Source: Squalus acanthias
Taxonomy: Eukaryota
Assembly: GCA_030390025.1 (NCBI GenBank)
Contig: CM059431.1
Span: forward strand, 108,254,001-108,318,000
Length of the DNA stretch: 64,000 nucleotides
Direction: 5' to 3'
Shown piece by piece: positions 14,093 to 27,308 of this stretch; positions within the stretch are counted from its first letter, which is position 1, and every line of letters starts with the position of its first letter. The notes under the pieces were generated by a model. The model saw nothing but the letters and a program-made list of their open reading frames with translations. It ran no database searches and had not been told where the DNA came from. The translations under genes and the position numbers were made by a program.

Positions 14093-17000
14093 ATTCAATA
14101 TTATAGATGCGTTTAGAATCATTGAACATTTATGATTCAGTGCATTCAGATGTATTTGAACATTATAAATTATGCATTCCCAGTCAATCTAGAATGCTTA
14201 TTTAGTTCAGAAGAATAAACTGTCCTTTGCATCATAAATCATCGTGGAGAGATCAGTCAATTAGATCACTCTGCTGTCAGTCAAGGTAAACCTTTCAATT
14301 CCAGCAGGATTAGCCAGAGACAGACTCTTCTAATGATGGATTCCCTCCTCTGGCAATAAGAGAGCAGTAAATACAGGTCAAAGCTCTGTTGCTAATGAGG
14401 AAAGAGAAAGTTGCCTGTGATGAATAATTCTGCAGTGGATGTCTTTGCATACCACCACAGTACGTTTTCCCCGCTCCTCCAAGTTCCCTTCGATTTCCTC
14501 CCATCCTCTCCTGAAGGCTGTGACTGAATGCATTCACTGCATTGCTGATAATTTCTGCAACCCCACAATTTATAGTTTTAAACTTACAACTGCACTGCCA
14601 CCTTGCTCCATTGTCACTTTCCCTTAGAAGCTAGTCACCCTCAAGCTGCTTCCTCCAAGAAGAAGCAAGCAAACTAATCATGGTGCGCATTGACTTCAGA
14701 TTTATGTTAGCGCATTTATAACATTTCCTGGAGGCGGTTTTCACTGTAGTTTGAGACTACCATATACAGCGGTTTTTCAGTGTTCAGAGTGGCTTTGAAG
14801 TAGATCAGTAACACAAACCTAGATTCCTGGGTAAGGGAATTATCAGTAGATACGCTACGAAATATGCTAAGAAGCAGAATATCAAGGCTATTTAATTGTC
14901 CAGGTAATCAGTTGGTCTACCTATCTGAGCCATACCAATAGCTACTGACATTTGTGTTGTGAAGCTGTCTCTAACTCGATCTATTTCTACTGGAATGGAG
15001 TCCATGTGGTAGATTTTTGGCTTGCGTCCAGGCAACCAGCGCGCACCCAAACCGAGAGGCCCGAGGACCAATGGAAATTTGTCTTTGGACTTAGACAACA
15101 TAGTCGCGGCCTGAGCTGAGCTGGTCTCGCCTCTCCACAGGCAGCTCGTCCGAGCGAAGAAGTCAATGTCAGTCCGATTGGAGGAGGCTACAGGAGTTGG
15201 GGGGGGGGGGGGGGGGGGGGGGGGAGGAAAGAGAACATGGGAACAGAGCGTAAGCCATTCAGCCCCTCGAGCCTGTTCCACCATTCAAATGAGATCATGG
15301 CTGATTTGAGGGGGTGGTCAGGATTGCTGTGAGGTTGGAGGAATACTCCTGCCCCTCCAAGATGGTTTTTTTGTTTTAAAAACAAACTTTTTTTTCGTCA
15401 CTTACCTTGCGTTGCCAGCTGAAAAATGGGGAACTGCTGAAAAAGCCAGAGAGACTTATCCCCAACGAATTTTTGAAACGGGGTCCTTTAACTCTCTTAA
15501 AAATGTAAATTAGTGGCCTGGTGCCTGGATGTCTTCAAAAAAAAAAAAAAAAAATGGCCCCACAAATTTAGCAGTGGGATCAACGCCTGTGCCGATTCAG
15601 CCCAGGCCCTCCTACTGCTAAATTGCTCTGCCCGAAAAACAGCTGACACCATGAATCACTTATTTGAAAATAATAACATTTCCGTATGCTTTTTCGTTCT
15701 CTTCTGTAACTTTGACCATTGATTCAGAGATGACCAGTTTTACAGGTGACTGAACCCTCCCGGTTCCCCATTACCCAGCACATATAGTAAAACTTTCAAA
15801 GGGGGAAAAAAACCTGAAGAGCGAGGCTCTCAGTCCAGGTTTATTCTTCTCCTTGATATCCGAGCAACTGCAAAGGGGTGCCTTCACAATGAATCAAAAT
15901 TTAGATAATTCCTGCCATTTATCCATCTCCTGTTTTCTACTTAACGTGTGTGTGCTTCTCTTTTCCCCTTTGTAATGTTCCTTTTTTTTAAATGCTGTTG
16001 ACACAATGGGTCGAATGGCCTCCTTCTGTGCCATAAACCTCTATGATTCTAATATCTTCCAGTTCTGACAAAGGGTCCATTCCTGAAATGTTAAACCGTC
16101 CGTTCACTCCACAGATGCTGATTGACCTGCTAAGTGTTTCCAGCATTTTCTGTTATTGTTTCCACACTTCCAGCATCTGCAGTTTTTTGGGGGTGGGGGG
16201 GCCAGGGGGACGACTTTTGTTTAGAAGCAGGGAGGTGACTGCCTAAAAGTGCAATGTGTGAACGGAGTTAAGAAAGTCTTTGTTGGAGATTGAATAAATC
16301 GTTTCCTTTGTGCGCCAACAACCCACGACCACCAGAATGGAAGCATCAGCAAGAATAATGACATGCTTTCTCGGCTGATCAGCAACTTATCAGATACAGC
16401 ATCAAGTCTTATTCTGTGAGTTGCCATATCAACATCGCACAGAACAGAACCACATGCATCATCCTGTCCCCAAGTCCACGATAATTATTCTCCGTGTGGA
16501 ACTGATTGATAGATTGTGTATTCAGCTTATGCAATATGTAGAGGTAACTTGAAAAAAGTAATTTACATTTTTTAATTTTCTTTAGAGGACAGCTGCGAAG
16601 ACTGCCCATTCTGTTACCAATCAACATAACACAAACAGATTATCTGGTCATTATCACATTGCTGTTTGTGGGAGCTTGCTGTGCGCAAATTGGCTGCCAC
16701 GTTTCCTACATTACAACAGTGACTACACTCCAAAAGTACTTAATTGGCTGCAAAGCGCTTTGAGAAGTCCGGTGGTGGTGAAAGGCGCTATAGAAATCCA
16801 ATCTTTCTTTTTCTTTCATATGCTAGGAGTGCATGTCAGGAATTTAGGCTCAACCAATTCACAGTCTCCACAACTTTACACTATGGCTCCAATTGCCAAC
16901 AAGCCTCCGGCGCCTTACCCAAGTGCCAGCTCGTCATGCACTGGTGTTGGTGGGCTATTCAACTGTGGGGGGGTGGGGGGGGGGGGGGGGGGGGGGGGGA

Positions 17001-18139
17001 GAATCGCGACCAAGGCCAATCCTGTCCCCATCCATCCTACATACATGCACACTTTCCGACACAGGTCATTAAATAGTGTTTGACTGAGGTGGGGTATTTT
17101 TTTTGTCCTTGTTTCTGTTCCATACAAATCAATTTTCAGTGCAGCGCTACTGTTGAAATGAAGTTGAATGCAAGTGATTTATGCCAGTAGCTGGGAGGTG
17201 GAGGAGAAATAGTTCTGCTGGTGATTTTATTACCAATTTGCCATCATACTGAAGTGTAATAACAGCAGCCTATCCAATAGAAAAATATTCACTTTGTGCA
17301 GCGACAAATTGCTAGGTTTCTTGTTGGCAAGGGAAGTGGTGATGGCGTTAATGAGAAGTTAAATGGCCACCAATCAGATAATAAACAACTTTGTATGGAA
17401 GCACATAGTAATCCTCGCTGTTGTAGCCGTGGCAATGTCGTGGAGTGGCATTAAGTATTGGCACATACCGTGTGGCCTTTTTCTATATAAAAGTAATAAT
17501 ACATAAATCCTCTGCTGATTTTCCATGGCTACATACCATACTCAATTTTCATACCTGCTAGCTATTACTATGCAGGGCTTGCTGTCTAAACGAGAATCAC
17601 AAGAGGTTTCTGCGCAGACTACACAAACAGGCAGGAGAGATAAGAAACCCCTACAGGGAGAAGTCATGCAATTCCACCTTTCTCAATAAGATCTGCCTAG
17701 ATTTTGCCACACCAAGTACTGATCAGAAGATTGATTTTTTTTTAAAAGAGTCAGCCAGCTGATCTGATAATCTTTTTGTTCTGTTATTTCCACCCCCCTC
17801 CCTCCAAATTGTGTTGCATGTATTCTAACTGATTGCACCATGAATGTTATGTTAAATATTTGTATTGGGACTAAAAACTCAACCACAATCTGTGGGCTAT
17901 CTGCCAAGACAGTTGAATCTACCACCTGCTTCTCCTATACAAGTTTACAATCTGCCTGCGGTTCAGACAAAACTTTGCGAACCCATCCTTCAGGATTTTT
18001 TTTTGTTACTGACTCTCCTACTTGCCTTCAAATAAATCAATAAAATTGAGGAGTTATAGAAACATACTGCACAGAAGGAGCATAAACACCGGCATGGACT
18101 GGCTGTGCCAAATGGCCTGTTTCTGTGCCGTATATCCTA

Positions 18140-18585
18140 TGTATTTCGCCCAATCGTGCCTGTGCCGGCTCTGTGAAAAAGCTATCCAATTAGTCCCACT
18201 CCCCTGCTCTTTCCCCATAGCCCTGCATTTTTTTTCTTTTTTTTTTTAAGTTTATATCTAATTTCCTTTTGAAAGTTACTATTGAATGTGCTTCCACCAC
18301 CCATTCAGACAGTGCATGCCAGATCACAACAACTCGGCGAGTAAAAAAAAAAAATTCTCATCTCCCCTCCGACTTTTTTGCCAATTATCTTAAATCGGTG
18401 TTCTCTGCTTACTGACCCTCCTGCCAGTGGAAACAGTTTCTCTCTATCTACTCTGTCAAAACCCCATTTAATCTCAAACACCTCTATTAAATCTCCCGTT
18501 AACCTTCTCTGCTCTAAGGAGAACAATTCCCAGCTTCTCCAGTCTCTCCACATACATGAAGTCCCTCATCCCTGGTACCATTCAT
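18140..18585 (-). mobile_element. CR1 LINE 3' fragment
   Basis: LFSLEQRRLTGDLIEVFEI on minus strand with CR1 3' UTR. Confidence 0.8.
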
Positions 18586-19310
18586 AAATCACCCTATAGT
18601 TTAGTGGATAAAGGCACCACTAGAGCCATATAGACTAGAAAAGGTCCCAGGTACAATCTTCATCTGTGATCGAAGTTTGGGGAAGCATCAAATGTGGTAC
18701 AATGACCACAGCACCACTGGGCTTGGAAGGGAAAAATCAATCAGGATTCTTGTTCCTGATTGTGAGCCAGTGATTACTGCTGGAAAATGTGTGAACGTCA
18801 GAGGAGGATGGCATGGCCTGATGTCCCCATGGCCAGACAACCGGCCAATTCTCATTAACTAGCTTGTGACTACTTGAGCGAAATGCTGGAGGGTGACTGG
18901 TCCAGGTGATATTATGCCCGGCTTTGTGCAGTGGCAGTATCGGTGCCCATGTGGTTTAACCGAGGCATAATTATTGCTGATTGAAACCTTTCCCCAATAT
19001 CTCACTGTAATTACTTGAAATGTAGTCAGTATTTGCAAATTTTTTGATAGTCTCTGCCTTTTTCCATGGATTTTGTCTCTCACTGTTGAAAAGGGGAAGC
19101 TAGATAAACACACGAGGGAGAAAGGAATGGAAGGTTATGCTGATAGGGTGAGATGAAGAGGGATGGGAGGAGGCTCCTGTGGAGCATAAACACCGGCACG
19201 GACCAGTTGGGCCAAATGGCCTGTTTCTGTGCTGTAAATTCTATGTCATTCTATGTAACATGCCTTCATGAGAAAATTGAAGCAATTACGATAAACAAAA
19301 TCGAGACATT

Positions 19311-19453
19311 GGTGGCAATTCTAACCTAACCCAAACGGATGGGATCGGATGCAACAGTGGTCAATGGAGAGCAATATTGAGCGGGGTGTAAAACCGGCAT
19401 GCCACCCGATCCTGTGGGATTACCACCCGGTGAGTTAGGTCAATATTACCCCC
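19311..19453. mobile_element. Short (143 bp) MITE
   Basis: Imperfect TIRs GGTGGCAATTCTAACCTAAC / GTTAGGTCAATATTACCCCC; ATT flanks both ends. Confidence 0.55.
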
Positions 19454-21563
19454 ATTCTTTAGCAAGTTGGCACTTGAGCAGAGAACATCAGTTGATGTTC
19501 ATTAAATTTAATAATAAAACCAATAAAAACCTATAATATCCTAGAGCAAAGAATTCATTTTACCATCGCTGAAATGATTTTTCCACATGTCTAATTCAAC
19601 ACAAAAACAAAACAGAACATGATCCTACTCTTCACTTCAATCAGACATGCCCTTTCCTTTCAATGATTAACCAAGTGCTTTTTTTGATCAACAAAATCTC
19701 CTATTTTAAATGTCCATGCATTTATTAAGAAGGAATGTTTAGCTTCCTGACCATGTTCTCAGCTATGTTTATTGTAGGTTTGGGAATGAATAAAATGTGT
19801 TCTAATGAAGTAATTAAAGCAAACCCAACAGATTCAATTTGAATGTAAAAAAACTCCTTCAGTGTAAATAATTATTAATCCTATATGTCAATCAGATATT
19901 TTCTTTGATGGGAAGACACTTCATGGGTGTTGCAAAAAGGAATGGAATAATAGGTGCCTTGCAATACATTGTTTTTAACGCACATCTCCTCAAGAGAAGA
20001 TTGAAACAAACAGATAGACAATTCCCCTTCCTTCTCTCAATCGATTCTATGCATAATTAGATATTTTAAAATAAACCACTTAAATGGAAACTAAAAACCA
20101 TGCATAAAAGTACCAACGTTGAATGCAACATAAATTGGAGGGTTAGTGCAGATGTAGGGATTTGATGGAAAACTCCTGTCAGTATTTTTACTATTGGACC
20201 GTATAGAAAGTCAGACACTGTAGCACTTTTAGATACACTGCAAGAGCTGCTTTTTAAAAAGTGAGACTTTAAGCTCCTCTGTGGTTAAATGCTGCACATG
20301 AGGTGGTACCAAACAATACAGACTAGAATGTCTTAGGTTTGATCTTTGTTTGGCGCTCAGTTAGCCGGAGGAGCAATAGGATCACTACGGTCAGAGTCAC
20401 CTGTAAACCTGAGAGGTAAAAGATAAACCAAGTCCTTGTTCCTAATTCTTATCTGCCAAGCTCTGCTGGATATTGGATTTTTGAACGAGGGCAGAATTAG
20501 GCATGATTACAAAGCCTCCCACAGTTGACTAGCCTGCCAACACTCACCGTCTAGACTCACAGATGAGGACTAGGCACTGACAAATTACCCGAGGACCATT
20601 AATGTCTGGGTAACCATACCATGCATGATGCAGTGCAGTCAATCGAGGCAAGGAGACAAGTCCTTATTTTCTGTGGGGGTGAGGGTAAGGCTCCCTTCAT
20701 TCAGAGTTTATACTCCCTTCATTGGATTCCTGCACACTTTGCACCAATCCTGACCAAGATAGCACCATGTGACCAACTTACAGATCTCCACCAATGCTGC
20801 GTTGAATCTGATTACTAGACGCATGGAAGAGTGCCCAGACTGAATCTCCTTCAGACTTCCCTTTCACCCTGGGAAAAGTGCCCAGCTCGCAAATCAGTGC
20901 CATCTCATGGAGCACAGAACTGAAGCATGTGGAGCAAGAGGTACAAATATCTGAGCTACATGTGACACAATGCGTTGGGACTCCAACAGCTGCACTACAT
21001 CGGTGTCCTTTTAATTACCAGATCAAATCAAAAAACAATATTTCTACTGAATGTGCTCCTACATATGAAGAGTAAACAGTTTAAAATTGGATTTAAGACA
21101 ATCAAAAGAATGTAGAATGTCTGGATACCATTAAAAATAAGTATCTTGGCATGTATGTGTGTGTGTGTGTATTTTGCTCAGACAATGTGTGTTCATTTTT
21201 ACCACTGACTAATTCATATTCTGTGTTACAAATATTACTGCTTGGACGATATCCAAGAGTCACCACATATGTATCTATTATTGAGAAGAGCCTGTAAAAT
21301 GACTTTTGCAAAGCATTCTACAGGTTAAGCCTGTGGAGATATACCTCTTCAGACTTTCATTGCTATGATTATTTTCTCAAACATATCGCTAAGCCGCTGC
21401 AGGTTACAGACAGGCGCTATACCTATTTTATTCGAAGTAGTTTTGATGCAAGAGGCGAGACACAATTATAAAAGAGACTGGGACCCCTGCCCACAATATA
21501 AGCAACTGGGACCCCTGCCCCTTTAAAGTTACTTCTATAGGTTGAAAGCTGGAGCTTTTATAC

Positions 21564-21985
21564 CTGTGCAGGCATCCGTCATCGGTTCCTTCACAACAGT
21601 CAGTGGTCAGCAACTCCTTCTTCACCTCTTCCAGCGTTGCCTTGCTCTCCCTGGTAAACTCCAACCTGGGCACTTCTTCCAGCGCCTCCACGTAAAAGAC
21701 GGTGCGTTGTTGCGGCTGGCATTCCAAGGTGCCACTTCTGCCGTGGCCCGGGAGCAGGATGCCATTAACGGCGCTGCTCTTCTTCCAAAAGCTCCCCCTC
21801 TCGTAGTTGTGATTCTTCAGCCTGTTCTGGCTGGTGCCCCAGTGCTCGAAGCTGTCCTGCTGCTGCTGTTGCTGCTGGAGGCAGCCCCCGCTGCCGGCTG
21901 AGCCGGACGACGGGTGGTTGAAGAGTTTCCAACGAAGCCGCAGGATGTGCTTGACGTCGAATTCTTTCCTGCCGGAGCCTGACAT
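21564..21985 (-). CDS. KLHL1: Kelch-like protein 1, first coding exon
   Basis: MSGSGRKEFDVKHILRLRWKLFNHPS...GGCLQQ...SFEHWG.SQ.RL...FWKK...RTVFYVEALEE...GCLHR matches the vertebrate KLHL1 N-terminus as I recall it (KLHL4/5 have KQIL..RWRWF instead). Splice donor CAG|GTATAA at 21564/21563; 422 coding nt, phase 2. No downstream exon recognised in 1-21563. Confidence 0.92.
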
Positions 21986-23954
21986 CTTTTTTTAAATTTT
22001 AAAAACCGCTGCCGTCTAAGCAAACTCTTGTGGTGGACTTCGAGGAGGACCCGTGTGTGGCAAGAGGCAGAAACAGAGTTGGCGAAGGTGCGACTCAGTC
22101 TCACAGGACGGTTTGCACAGGCTCCAGTGTGTGCAAGACCGTGACACTTGCTCAGGAGCTCAGACTTGAGCTGCTCCACTCACTCACTCACTCACTAACT
22201 AACTGCTAGAGCCACACTCAAGCAAATGACGAGGTTACCTTGTGAACAACAATCAGCTTTACTACAGGGTGCAACCTGCCAGCACAGTTATAGCAGGTGG
22301 CTTTACACTCTACAGATGTGAAGGGAAGGGAGGAGGGGGATGAGCAGAGTCACCTATAAGCTTCCCTGTACTTCCTCCATCTGTCTCAAGTTCCAGAGGC
22401 AGCAAATAGTCTTGACAGGTACTGAAAACAATCTGCTGATAGATGTACACACCGACTGTGCTGTCATGGATCTCAGAACCAAATTTTCTCTTCCTTCCTT
22501 CCTCCCTCCCCCTCTTGTGAATGACGCAGATGTGTTCTGAAGCCTCCACTGAGTCCAGAGAGGCTTTCTGTCTCTCTTTATTTCCCAGCTTTAATAGTCC
22601 CCCTGTGTTGATTCGTCACCTCACCATTCAAACAGTTGAATGTCAAGTGCAGGAGTACAGCAAGAAACCGATGCAGACAAATAAATAACCCTGCACTGAA
22701 GATGCACCGAGCCTATTAGGCTACTTACTGATTACAAGGGGTTACAGGTTAGTCACAATTAGCAAGAGTGCCATTTGCCAGGCTGATGCACATTGAGCTA
22801 TTAAAGCGAGGTGTTAGGAGTTCAGCTGCTTCTGCCTGTGCAAAGAAAGAATCAGGCAGCAGTCTTTAAATGTCCCTGTCTAACAGTGTTAATGGATCCA
22901 GTCACAGTTAAAACCATGAGAAGGTCTGTTACGGTGCAACAATCCTTTGAATTACCAGCTTATAAGAATAGATTTTTCTGCAGATGGCTGTACGGATCTC
23001 TGTCAGTAAAACACTCCATTTCCTCCTGATCAAAATTCAGTAAAGGGAAATATGACAGATCCTCTGATTCTGCAGCAGCTTACAATTCGCAGCAGATCAT
23101 ATAAAATGCATGAAAGCTGCAGGCATTATAATTATATTCAGTGCAAGAAAAATCAAATGGCTTGCTAACGAGAGTGTGGGGGGGGGAGGGGAAAGAATCA
23201 CCTGTTGGAGGCTCTGTCATAAAGGTCATCTGCTCTCCAAATGCACAGCTCATTTATTTTGCTATTCCCCAGCTATAGTGAAACATCAAAACTGTCAGGA
23301 GCAACCTTAATACGTTAACAAGTAAAAGAGAGCAAGGAAGAAGTTCAGGGCTATGCTGGAATACGACAGCTCCCCATTCTGACAGTCTGGAGTATTAAAA
23401 TAACTCCCAGAGGACCAGGGGGGTCAACACACATTCAAAGGGACTTCCATCACCATTCAGCAAGTCTATTGCTGAGATAATGAATCTATTTATCAGCTTG
23501 CATTATACACAGTGTTAAGTCTCAGACCAACTTATTTTAAAAAGGAGTCAGCATGCGATGCCATTTTACAATTGCTTTTGCACATTTTCAATATTACTTT
23601 CCGTCACAGCTGGGTTTGAAATCACTTGTGTCTGAAAGTTTTTTCAGTTTGATTTGATGATGTAAAATACAATTGCATTTGAGAAAGGAAGAGCGACATT
23701 TGATAGGTGGTTTTCATCCCCGGCTCTTGGAATAGGTATTTTTGCCTTTCCTCTTTTCCAGTATTGTGTGTATGTTTAGCCGCTTTTCTTATTGACTAAA
23801 TACAACTTAAATCAACACTGCTGGGATTCATATCATTTCCAGTCAAGCGTATGCGCTTCTTCCCCGTTCCCTGTTTCCCACATGTATTTTCACCAAGCCA
23901 GCATTTTAAAGAGCAGGATATTAAAAGGAACCATCATGGTTGTTTTAAGTTTTC

Positions 23955-24460
23955 ATTAAGGAAGGATATACTTGCATTGGAGGCAGTTCAGAGACAATTC
24001 ACTAGGTTAATTCCAGAGATGAGGGGGTTGACTTATGAGGAAAAGTTGAGCAGGCTGGACCTATACTCATTGGAATTTAGAAGAATGAGAGGTGATCTTA
24101 TCGAAACATACAAGATACTGAGGGGGCTCGACAAGGTAGATGCAGAGAGGATGTTTCCCCTCGGGGGCAAAGTTTCAGAATAAAGGGTCGCCCTTTTAGA
24201 ACTGAGATGAGGAGGAATTTCTTCTCTCAGAGGGTCGTAAATCTGTGGAATTCTCTGCCCCAGAGAGCCATGGAGGATGGGTCATTGAATATATTTAAGG
24301 TGGAGATAGACAGATTTTTGCAAGATAAGGGAGTGAAGGGTTATGGGGAGCGGGCAGGGAAGTGGCTTTGAGCCCAAGATCAGCCATGATCTTATTGAAT
24401 GGCGGAGCAGGCTCCAGGGGCCTAATGGCCTAGTCCTGCTCCTATTTCTTATGTTCTTAT
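23955..24460 (+). mobile_element. CR1 LINE 3' end
   Basis: LRKDILALEAVQRQFTRLIP...RRMRGDLIETYKIL plus 3' UTR. Confidence 0.9.
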
Positions 24461-26074
24461 TAGGAATTTTAACTGACGAATATTTCATGCAACAAGGAAC
24501 AGTTCTGACCATTAACATGCTTCTGTTTGCTGTCCTGTGCTATCTAAATTTCATCGTCCTTATACAGTGATTTAACAGAACAAGTCAGTCGACACAAGTT
24601 ATCCCTGATCAGACAGAGCGCCTCGTCAGGAATCGGAACCTCTCAATTTGCTCAACAATGTTTAAAGAGAGTAACATTGTAAATAAAAGAGAATCTTTGA
24701 ATGCTGCTCTGATTGAAGTTCTGGCAATGATGACTTCAGGAAAAGAAGGTGCGCGCAGTCAGGGTTTGGCATAGGGTGAACTACAGCAAGCACCTGTCAT
24801 GGATCGACCTTTAATCTGGCTACTGCGGTTTCTTGGGGGCGGTGGGTCATTATTGTTTGCTCCAACAGAAAATGTGTTATTACAGCAAAGCAGGTTCATT
24901 GATGCCGAGGAGAAAATGTAACACAAATAAATTGGAATTGTGAAAGTATTCAGCGTGATGCAAATTGCCTTATAATAGAATGGGTTTTCCAACGTCAAGA
25001 AGTATGAGGAATTAATGCACTAAGCTGAAATGACGGCCAGTTTTGAAGAATTCAGACTGGGTAGCAGGGATGGCACAGGATATCATTTGAAAATTCAGCT
25101 TATGAAGCCTCAAGTCTACACCAACGCTTTGAGAACAGCTATAGCAGATACCTAAAATCGAACGAGATAAATGTATTCTTGTCCATTCCAAGATTATTAT
25201 TAATGTAAAACAACATTGTAGGCTTTGCTAATTTTGCTTTAAAATATTGAGGAAATTGTTTTTGAAGTTGTGATATCAAAGTCTTTGCTCTCCTCATCAG
25301 AAATGAAAATGGAATGAATGACAAGCTGTGTAATTATTAATAGTAAAAGTGTTTTTACATGGGATTTGCCCTAATCTTGTTAAAGTCACATTTTACACCA
25401 AAGCTAAGAATTTATATTGGCATTTCATAGTTTGCCTCTTATCTGTCAGTGCTGCCATTCCCACATTCTACTTAATAAATATTGCAGCTTCCAGCACTGA
25501 GGGAACCATTTTGTTATAACGAGGAGTGGCACGTAACAGGGCAGGTACGGTCTGGTGTTGTTAATGCTCTTCAAATTTGGGAAGTGTTCACTGCAAAAGC
25601 TAATTTCAGTCCTCTTGTTCCACTATACGTTGTCGGATTAAGTGAGAACAGGTGGTAGGGTGATTGGTGGTGCAGCAGCAGCTGTACACTTCACTCGTAC
25701 ACATTTCCTGGCTGGTTTACATATTTATTCAATGTTTGTTTCCAGTTGTTTTATCAGGCATTTTTTAAAAAGCCGCAGATGGCTCCCTGATGGCTCAGCT
25801 GGTTAGAGCAGACTGCAATGGTCCCAGGTTTGATTCCTGGTTTGTGCAGTTAGTTGATCTCAGATAGGGCAGCAGTTGGCAAGCTATAATTGCTCTCAGC
25901 TCTACTGGGTTACGGAGGAGAAAAATCAGCTGAAGGTTTCAATCCTTATTGCAATAGATAGATGCATACGCACATATACACAGAAGCCTACACACACACA
26001 TATATATATATATATAACACACACACACACACACAGGCATATATGTATATGCACACATATATGGATGCATACAC

Positions 26075-26522
26075 AAAAAAAAGACTTGCGTTTATATAGC
26101 GCCTTTCACAACCACCGGACGTCTCAAAGCACTTTACAGCCAATGAAGTACTTTTTGAAGTGGAGTCACTGTTGTAATGTGGGAAATGCGGCAGTCAATT
26201 TGCGCACAGCATGCTCCCACAAACAGCAATGTGATAATGACCAGATATCTGTTTTTGTTATGTTGGTTGAGGGATAAATATTGGCCAGGACACCGGGGAT
26301 AACTCCCCTGCTCTTCTCCAAAATAGTGCCTTGGGACCTTTTACGTCCACCTGAGAGAGAGCAGACGGGGCCTCGGTTTAACGTCTCATCCGAAAGACGG
26401 CACCTCCGACAGTGCAGCGCTCCCTCAGCACTGCACTGGGAGTGTCAGCCTAGTTTGATGTGCTCAAGTCTCTGGAGTGGGACTTAAACCCACAACCTTC
26501 TGACTCAGGTAAGTGTGCTACC
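26075..26522 (-). mobile_element. Deu-domain SINE copy
   Basis: Close homologue of 11251-11665; head truncated next to a CR1 tail. Confidence 0.8.
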
Positions 26523-26539
26523 AAATACACATACATACA

Positions 26540-27308
26540 TACATAGAAACATAGAAAATAGGTACAGGAGTAGACCATTCGGTCCTTCGAGCCTGCACCG
26601 CCATTCAATGCGTTCATGGCTGAACATGCTACCTCAGTACCCCATTCCTGCTTTCTCGCCATACCCCTTGATCCCCTTAGTTGTGAGTGTTATATCTAAC
26701 TCCCTTTTGAATATATTTAGCGAACTGGCCTCAACAACCTTCTGTGGAAGAGAATTCCATAGATTCACCACTCTCTGGGTGAAGAAGTTCCTCCTCAGCT
26801 CAGTCCTAAATGGCTTCCCCTTAATCCTTAGACTGTGACCCCTGGTTCTAGTTTTCCCTACCATTGGGAACATTCTGCCCGCATCTAATTTGTCTAAACC
26901 AGTCAGGATTTTAAATGTCTCTATAAGATCCCCCCTCATTCTTCTGAACTCCAGAGGATACAAGTTCAGTTGACCCAATCTTTCTTGATATGTCAGTCCG
27001 GCCATCCCAGGAATCAATCTAGTGAACCTTCGCTGCACTCCCTCAATAGCAAGAATGTCCTTCCTTAAGTTAGGAGACCAAAACTGCGCACAATACTCCA
27101 GGTGTGGCCTCACCAAGGCCCTGTACAACTGTAGCATCACCTCCCTACTCCTGTACTCAAATCCCCTTGCTATGAAGGCCATCATTCCGTTTGCTTTCTT
27201 GACTGCCTGCTGCACTTGCATTCCCACCTTCAGTGACTGATGTACCATGACGCCCAGGTCTCGTTGCACGTCCCCTTTCCCTAATCTGCCACCATTCAGG
27301 TAATAATA
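26540..27308 (-). mobile_element. CR1 LINE 3' fragment (relatively young)
   Basis: Uninterrupted 211-aa ORF2 C-terminus (26634-27269), 3' UTR and (TTCTATGT)n tail. Confidence 0.92.

Noticed and set aside
15199..15224. Poly-G runs (also ~16966-16999) giving poly-Pro/Gly ORFs
   Set aside because: Simple homopolymers within repeats; length may be unreliable; ORFs are spurious.
21428..21563. C-terminal part of the 185-aa ORF (YKSSSFQPIEV...)
   Set aside because: Similarity to KLHL1 stops at GCLHR where a GT donor occurs; the rest is intron read-through.
21542..21901. 119-aa antisense ORF with poly-Leu over KLHL1 exon 1
   Set aside because: Non-ATG start; explained as the shadow of a GC-rich coding exon and its CAG tract.
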